From: an uncultured Veillonellaceae bacterium | GTDB taxonomy: Bacteria; Bacillota; Negativicutes; JARBTT01 | Direction of reading: 5' to 3' | Assembly: GCA_963805085.1 (NCBI GenBank) | Contig: CAWDTA010000002.1 | Coordinates: forward strand, 1,312,001-1,376,000 | DNA length: 64,000 nucleotides | In this document: in pieces, positions 59,860-64,000 of the stretch | Layout: each line of letters opens with the position of its first letter | Position numbering within the stretch: position 1 is the stretch's first letter | Position numbers and translations under genes: made by a program | Notes under the pieces: generated by a model | Told to the model about the DNA's origin: nothing | Databases searched by the model: none | The model's input: the letters and a program-made list of their open reading frames with translations, nothing else

Positions 59860-61704
59860 TTATTTCTTCAAGTGATAAGGAATCGTGGAAACGATAACAT
59901 TTTTCTTTAAGATGAGTAGCGTACGTAAGATCAAACCTGTTTGATTGTGTAGAAGCCTGTGCCACCATTTTTTCGTTTCAAATTCAGGAATGAGAATCGT
60001 AATATAATCATTAGGTCCTTTTTCTTGTGAAAGCTCTTCGATGAAATCAATCAAAGGCTGTACGACAAGACGATAAGGGGAATATAAAGTTACAAGTTCA
60101 ATGCCAGGATTCCAACAATTCCATTTTTCACGTACTTTATGACCGACTTCTTCATCAATCGCAACGTGTACTGCCAAGACATTATCACCAATTGATTTGG
60201 CATATTTTAAAGTTTGGGCAATAACGCTGGTTGGACTAGAAATTGGAACGACTACGATATTTTTACCAGCATGAATTTCGGTGGTCAAGGCAGGATCCAT
60301 CTGTTCGCTTGGGAGATGAAGTTGTTCCGCCATATCGTTGTAATGCTCTTTGATTTTTCTAAAGATGAAAATCATGATAGGAATGAAGATAAGTACGAGC
60401 CAAGCACCGTAGAAAAATTTGCTGATACCGATAATTAATACGACGATACCAGTTACTATCGCTCCCACTGTATTGACTGTGGCACGGAGAATCCAATAAG
60501 GACCCTTAACGCGGCGCCAGTGGACAATCATACCTGTTTGAGCAATGGTAAAAGATAAAAATACACCGATCGCATAAAGTGAGATGAGATGGTCAGTATT
60601 GCCTTGATAAAGGAAGATTAACATTCCAGCAGCAATACTTAAGAGAATAATACCATTAGAAAAACTGAGACGTTCACCACGGGCACCAAGGTAACGTGGC
60701 ATATAGCCGTCGCGGGCTAGAATAGATAGAAGGGGTGGTAATCCATTAAAGGAAGTGTTCGCTGCCAAATAGAGTACCAGCATTGTGGTGATTTGGATAT
60801 AGTAATAAAACCAGTTACGCCCAAAGGTCAATTCCGCTATTTTAGACAAAGACGTAGCATCTTCGAGTGGTAATATATGAAAATGCATAATTAAAAATGA
60901 TATTCCAATAAACATAAAGCCAAGGATACCAGACATCCAAAAAGTTGTTGTACTCGCATTTTTTACTGAAGGCTCCTTAAACATTGGCACTCCATTGGAA
61001 ATGGCCTCGATACCAGTCATAGAACTACAACCATTTGCGAAGGCCCGCAGTAATAATACACCAACAGTCCAATCAAATTGCCGTTCCAAGGATTCGGTGG
61101 GAATGATAGGAGTTTGTTGTGTGAATGCTTGATAGATTCCAGTGAAAATTAGAACCAATATGCCAAAAATAAAGGCATAAGTAGGGAATACAAAGGTAGT
61201 TGAAGATTCTCTGATGCCTCGTAAATTGACTAACATAAGGATAAAAAATAATACGAATAAGTCAATTGATACTTCATATTGCAATAAATCAGGAAATGCT
61301 GAAATGATAGCGGATGTACCTGCCGAAACACTAACAGCTACGGTTAATGTATAGTCAGCCAATAAGGAAGCTGCTGCCGTTAGGGCGGGAAGTTCACCTA
61401 AATTTTTAATGGCTACGGAATAAGAACCGCCACCACCAGGATTGGCTTTACCAACTTGAACATAGGAAATGGTTACAATCGCCAACAATAGTAAGATGGC
61501 TATGGCAACATGACTTAAATATCCATAAGCTAAAAGCCCAGGCACAGCAAGAATAATCATAATCTGTTCCGGTCCATAAGCAACCGAAGACAGTGCATCA
61601 GAAGAAAAAATAGCAAGAGCTTTAAACTTGGTTAGTTTTTCATGTGAAATTTCTTGATTGTGTAGCGGCCTGCCGATTAATAATCGCCTAAGCAAACGCA
61701 TCAT
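59860..61704 (-). CDS. kimA: APC-family K+/H+ symporter KimA (YdaO)-like
   Basis: FSSDALSSVAYGPE, GGGSY, TGIEAISNG, YAIGVF, HNQT; preceded by a ydaO riboswitch. Confidence 0.9.
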   Translation of the reverse strand: MMRLLRRLLIGRPLHNQEISHEKLTKFKALAIFSSDALSSVAYGPEQIMIILAVPGLLAYGYLSHVAIAILLLLAIVTISYVQVGKANPGGGGSYSVAIKNLGELPALTAAASLLADYTLTVAVSVSAGTSAIISAFPDLLQYEVSIDLFVLFFILMLVNLRGIRESSTTFVFPTYAFIFGILVLIFTGIYQAFTQQTPIIPTESLERQFDWTVGVLLLRAFANGCSSMTGIEAISNGVPMFKEPSVKNASTTTFWMSGILGFMFIGISFLIMHFHILPLEDATSLSKIAELTFGRNWFYYYIQITTMLVLYLAANTSFNGLPPLLSILARDGYMPRYLGARGERLSFSNGIILLSIAAGMLIFLYQGNTDHLISLYAIGVFLSFTIAQTGMIVHWRRVKGPYWILRATVNTVGAIVTGIVVLIIGISKFFYGAWLVLIFIPIMIFIFRKIKEHYNDMAEQLHLPSEQMDPALTTEIHAGKNIVVVPISSPTSVIAQTLKYAKSIGDNVLAVHVAIDEEVGHKVREKWNCWNPGIELVTLYSPYRLVVQPLIDFIEELSQEKGPNDYITILIPEFETKKWWHRLLHNQTGLILRTLLILKKNVIVSTIPYHLKK

Positions 61705-61810
61705 AGTGTGTATTCAACCTCCAGTTAATAGTGTCTCCATTTTTAATAACATTTATTTAAAAAAATGCATCGCATTTTGAATTGTTCTGTAAGTCATTAA
61801 AAAAGCGCAC

Positions 61811-61835
61811 AAAAAAAGACCCGTGGGCGGTCTTA
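61811..61835 (-). terminator. riboswitch expression-platform terminator
   Basis: minus strand aagaccgcccacgggtc + T-run. Confidence 0.8.
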
Positions 61836-61847
61836 TGCCCCTCATTT

Positions 61848-61968
61848 TGGCCTACGAAGTTAGCTGACGGGTAGAATGACAAGAGAAAACATCCCTTCTA
61901 TCCAATGATAGAATTAACCCCAAAAAATTGGTTCCTCCGCTTCTTAATTTAAGAATTAAGCCGCTATT
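61848..61968 (-). promoter_or_regulatory. c-di-AMP (ydaO/yuaA) riboswitch
   Basis: minus strand GCTTAAT...GGAGGAACCA...TGGGGTTAAT...AGGG...ACCCGTCAGCTAACTTCGTAGGC. Confidence 0.93.
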
Positions 61969-62197
61969 TACATGTGAATTATATTATACACCTTTGGCCA
62001 TATAAACAAAAGACAATGAACAACGATAAATATGCAATAATAGGAGTTATAAAGCTATAATTTGTATTTATCATTGGCTTCCGTGAATTTCAACGAATTT
62101 CCTTTCATTTACTCTTATTATCTATTGATTTTTGATCGGGAAATTTAAAAAGCTGGCATGTCGCTCTGGACTGGCCAGCTTTTCAAAATATAGTTTG

Positions 62198-63583
62198 TTA
62201 TAATCTTCTTGCAGCTTCAGAAGCTAAAGGCGATCGTTCACATTCTTCTGGCAACATCGTTACTTGGAAGCATAATTTAGAGCCCATCATTTTTTCACTG
62301 GCATAGCTTAATCCGTTAGATCTGCTATCGAGTAAAGGGTGGTCAATTTGTGCAGGATCGCCAAGTAAGATTATTTTGGTGCCGATGCCGGGGCGGGTTA
62401 ATACAGCTTTTGCTTGGCGGGGCGTAGAATTTTGCATTTCATCGAAGATCGTCCAATATTTTTGGAGTGACCGACCACGTTGGTAAGCCAAGGCTTCCGT
62501 TTGGATGATACGTCTTTCAAAAAGCATATTTACGGTATCTTCTGTTTGTAAGAAGTCTTTGTCTTCTAGTGAAGAATTCCCTGACATCAGGGTAAATAGA
62601 TTGTCTTTAATCGCTCGCATATAGGGTTCTATTTTTTCCGCCTCAGTTCCAGGTAAAAAACCGATTCCCTCATCAAGCATCGCATTTGGACGACAGATCA
62701 GGATATGTTGATATTGTTTTGGTTGGCAATCCATATAATGATAGAGTCCAACGGCCAAGGAATAAAAGGTTTTAGCAGTTCCTGAAATTCCTTTTAAGAT
62801 AACCAGTGGTGCTTGTTCTGCACTCATCATGAGACATTCTTGCATGAAAATTTGACCTACATTTTTAGGCGTGACTCCGAACGGGGTGCGGCTTTGATAT
62901 TTTAAGTGGATTACCTTTTCGCCATCAAAACGGCCCAGTGCAGTATGCCTATCATTATCTGTTGATTTGATCAACAAAAATTGGTTAGTGACGAAAGTAG
63001 CGGGTATTAATATATCTGTTAAATCATCGAAAATATATAATTTATTTGGGTCGATAAATTGCTTATCATCGGAATGGAAAGCATTTATTACTTCACTGGA
63101 GGTATAAGCAATGATGCGACCGGTATATTGCTCTTCGATGCTAGCGACTTTATCATTGCGAAAATCTTCAGCTTGAATTTTTAAGATAGATGCTTTGACG
63201 CGCATATTGGTATCGCGGCTCACTAAAATAGTTTGCTCTCCACTTTCGACAAACCCTTTGCAAACTTGGAGAATCCGATTATCAGATTTCTCTTTGTCCC
63301 AATATATAGGCATGGAAGTGGCGGTATGATTTGCTTCTAAAATGAGAGTTCCGCCGTTGTTATTTAAAGAAACTCCCTCTAGCAGATTACCTTGAATGCG
63401 CATAGTATCAATAATACGACTAACATGGCGACTGTTGGCACCGCGTTCTGTTGATTCTTTTTTAAATCGGTCCAACTCTTCAATAACAACTTCGGGAATT
63501 ACCACTGTGTGTTCGTTGAAAGCATATAAAGCATTGGGTGAGTGCAGCAAAACATTAGTGTCTAAGACATAATATTTTTTCAA
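62198..63583 (-). CDS. PIN-PhoH (PhoH2) family protein
   Basis: VLDTNVLLH PIN, DNRIL, SRDTNMR; GISGTAKT, RGRS, DEMQN, GDPAQID. Confidence 0.93.
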   Translation of the reverse strand: MKKYYVLDTNVLLHSPNALYAFNEHTVVIPEVVIEELDRFKKESTERGANSRHVSRIIDTMRIQGNLLEGVSLNNNGGTLILEANHTATSMPIYWDKEKSDNRILQVCKGFVESGEQTILVSRDTNMRVKASILKIQAEDFRNDKVASIEEQYTGRIIAYTSSEVINAFHSDDKQFIDPNKLYIFDDLTDILIPATFVTNQFLLIKSTDNDRHTALGRFDGEKVIHLKYQSRTPFGVTPKNVGQIFMQECLMMSAEQAPLVILKGISGTAKTFYSLAVGLYHYMDCQPKQYQHILICRPNAMLDEGIGFLPGTEAEKIEPYMRAIKDNLFTLMSGNSSLEDKDFLQTEDTVNMLFERRIIQTEALAYQRGRSLQKYWTIFDEMQNSTPRQAKAVLTRPGIGTKIILLGDPAQIDHPLLDSRSNGLSYASEKMMGSKLCFQVTMLPEECERSPLASEAARRL

Positions 63584-63922
63584 CGGTAGCCCCCCTTAAT
63601 ATCTTCTCTCTTTTAGTATAGGCTATCTGAATGATTGCTGAGTTAGGAATTTATTAATATTATGTTAATATTTTGCCCGATAAAATAATAAGAATCCGTC
63701 TAAGCAAGCCTCCTTAGATTAATCAAAGTAGTAAACTATATTGCTGATAGCTATGGAGCTATATAGTATATGCCATTTTTATAAGAGTCAATTACAGTAA
63801 TCATAAAATATGGTTTAAATATTATATGATTGAAAAAGTAAAAGGAATCTTATTTTCCGATAGATTTAGTTAAAGGAGGCTGCCGTTATTTTTATGTTTG
63901 ACAAAATTCAATATGTATTCTA

Positions 63923-63946
63923 TAGTTAGTTGTATAAAACTAACTA
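63923..63946 (+). promoter_or_regulatory. palindromic operator downstream of a sigma-A-like promoter
   Basis: tagttagtt-gtataa-aactaacta; TTGACA at 63898. Confidence 0.55.
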
Positions 63947-63961
63947 ATAAAGAGGAATGTC

Positions 63962-64000
63962 ATGATGGCGACTGAAGATGTAATCGTCAAAGCGATTAAT
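63962..64000 (+). CDS. start of a CDS running off the window (function unknown)
   Basis: GAGGA RBS, MMATEDVIVKAIN... Confidence 0.5.
   Translation, partial: MMATEDVIVKAIN

Noticed and set aside
62770-62800. Inactive Walker A (GISGTAKT) in PhoH2
   Set aside because: As I recall, the GTAKT variant occurs in other clostridial PIN-PhoH proteins and the Lys-Thr is intact, so it is not evidence of decay

Overview
AT-rich chromosomal window from a Bacillota bacterium, most likely a diderm Negativicute (Sporomusaceae/Selenomonadales-like). This is inferred from an RND pump occurring alongside a Gram-positive-type LexA box, 6S RNA, a ydaO riboswitch, YtpB and a DUF1657-like gene. Housekeeping content includes zwf-pgl-gnd, dinB, tRNA-Cys, tRNA-Arg, 6S RNA, ahbC/ahbD-like radical SAM genes, LytS/LytTR-cstA, kimA with a c-di-AMP riboswitch, and PIN-PhoH. 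The most notable signal occurs twice (about 3.7-8 kb and 48.5-53 kb): an N-acyl-amino-acid-synthase/LuxI-fold acyltransferase fused to a cNMP-binding-like domain sits beside two histidine kinases. All four kinases share one uncharacterised multi-TM sensor family grafted onto two different kinase classes, suggesting a candidate acyl-amide signal synthase/receptor system. Other highlights are a duplicated 231-bp DnaA-box array away from dnaA, an aegerolysin/Cry34-like gene after tRNA-Arg, and cargo modules bracketed by repeated 3' ends of one gene. There is also an ATPase-DUF4276 defence-like islet within 45-bp direct repeats and an unidentified GC-rich structured intergenic element. All assignments come from motif reading by eye; no database searches were run.
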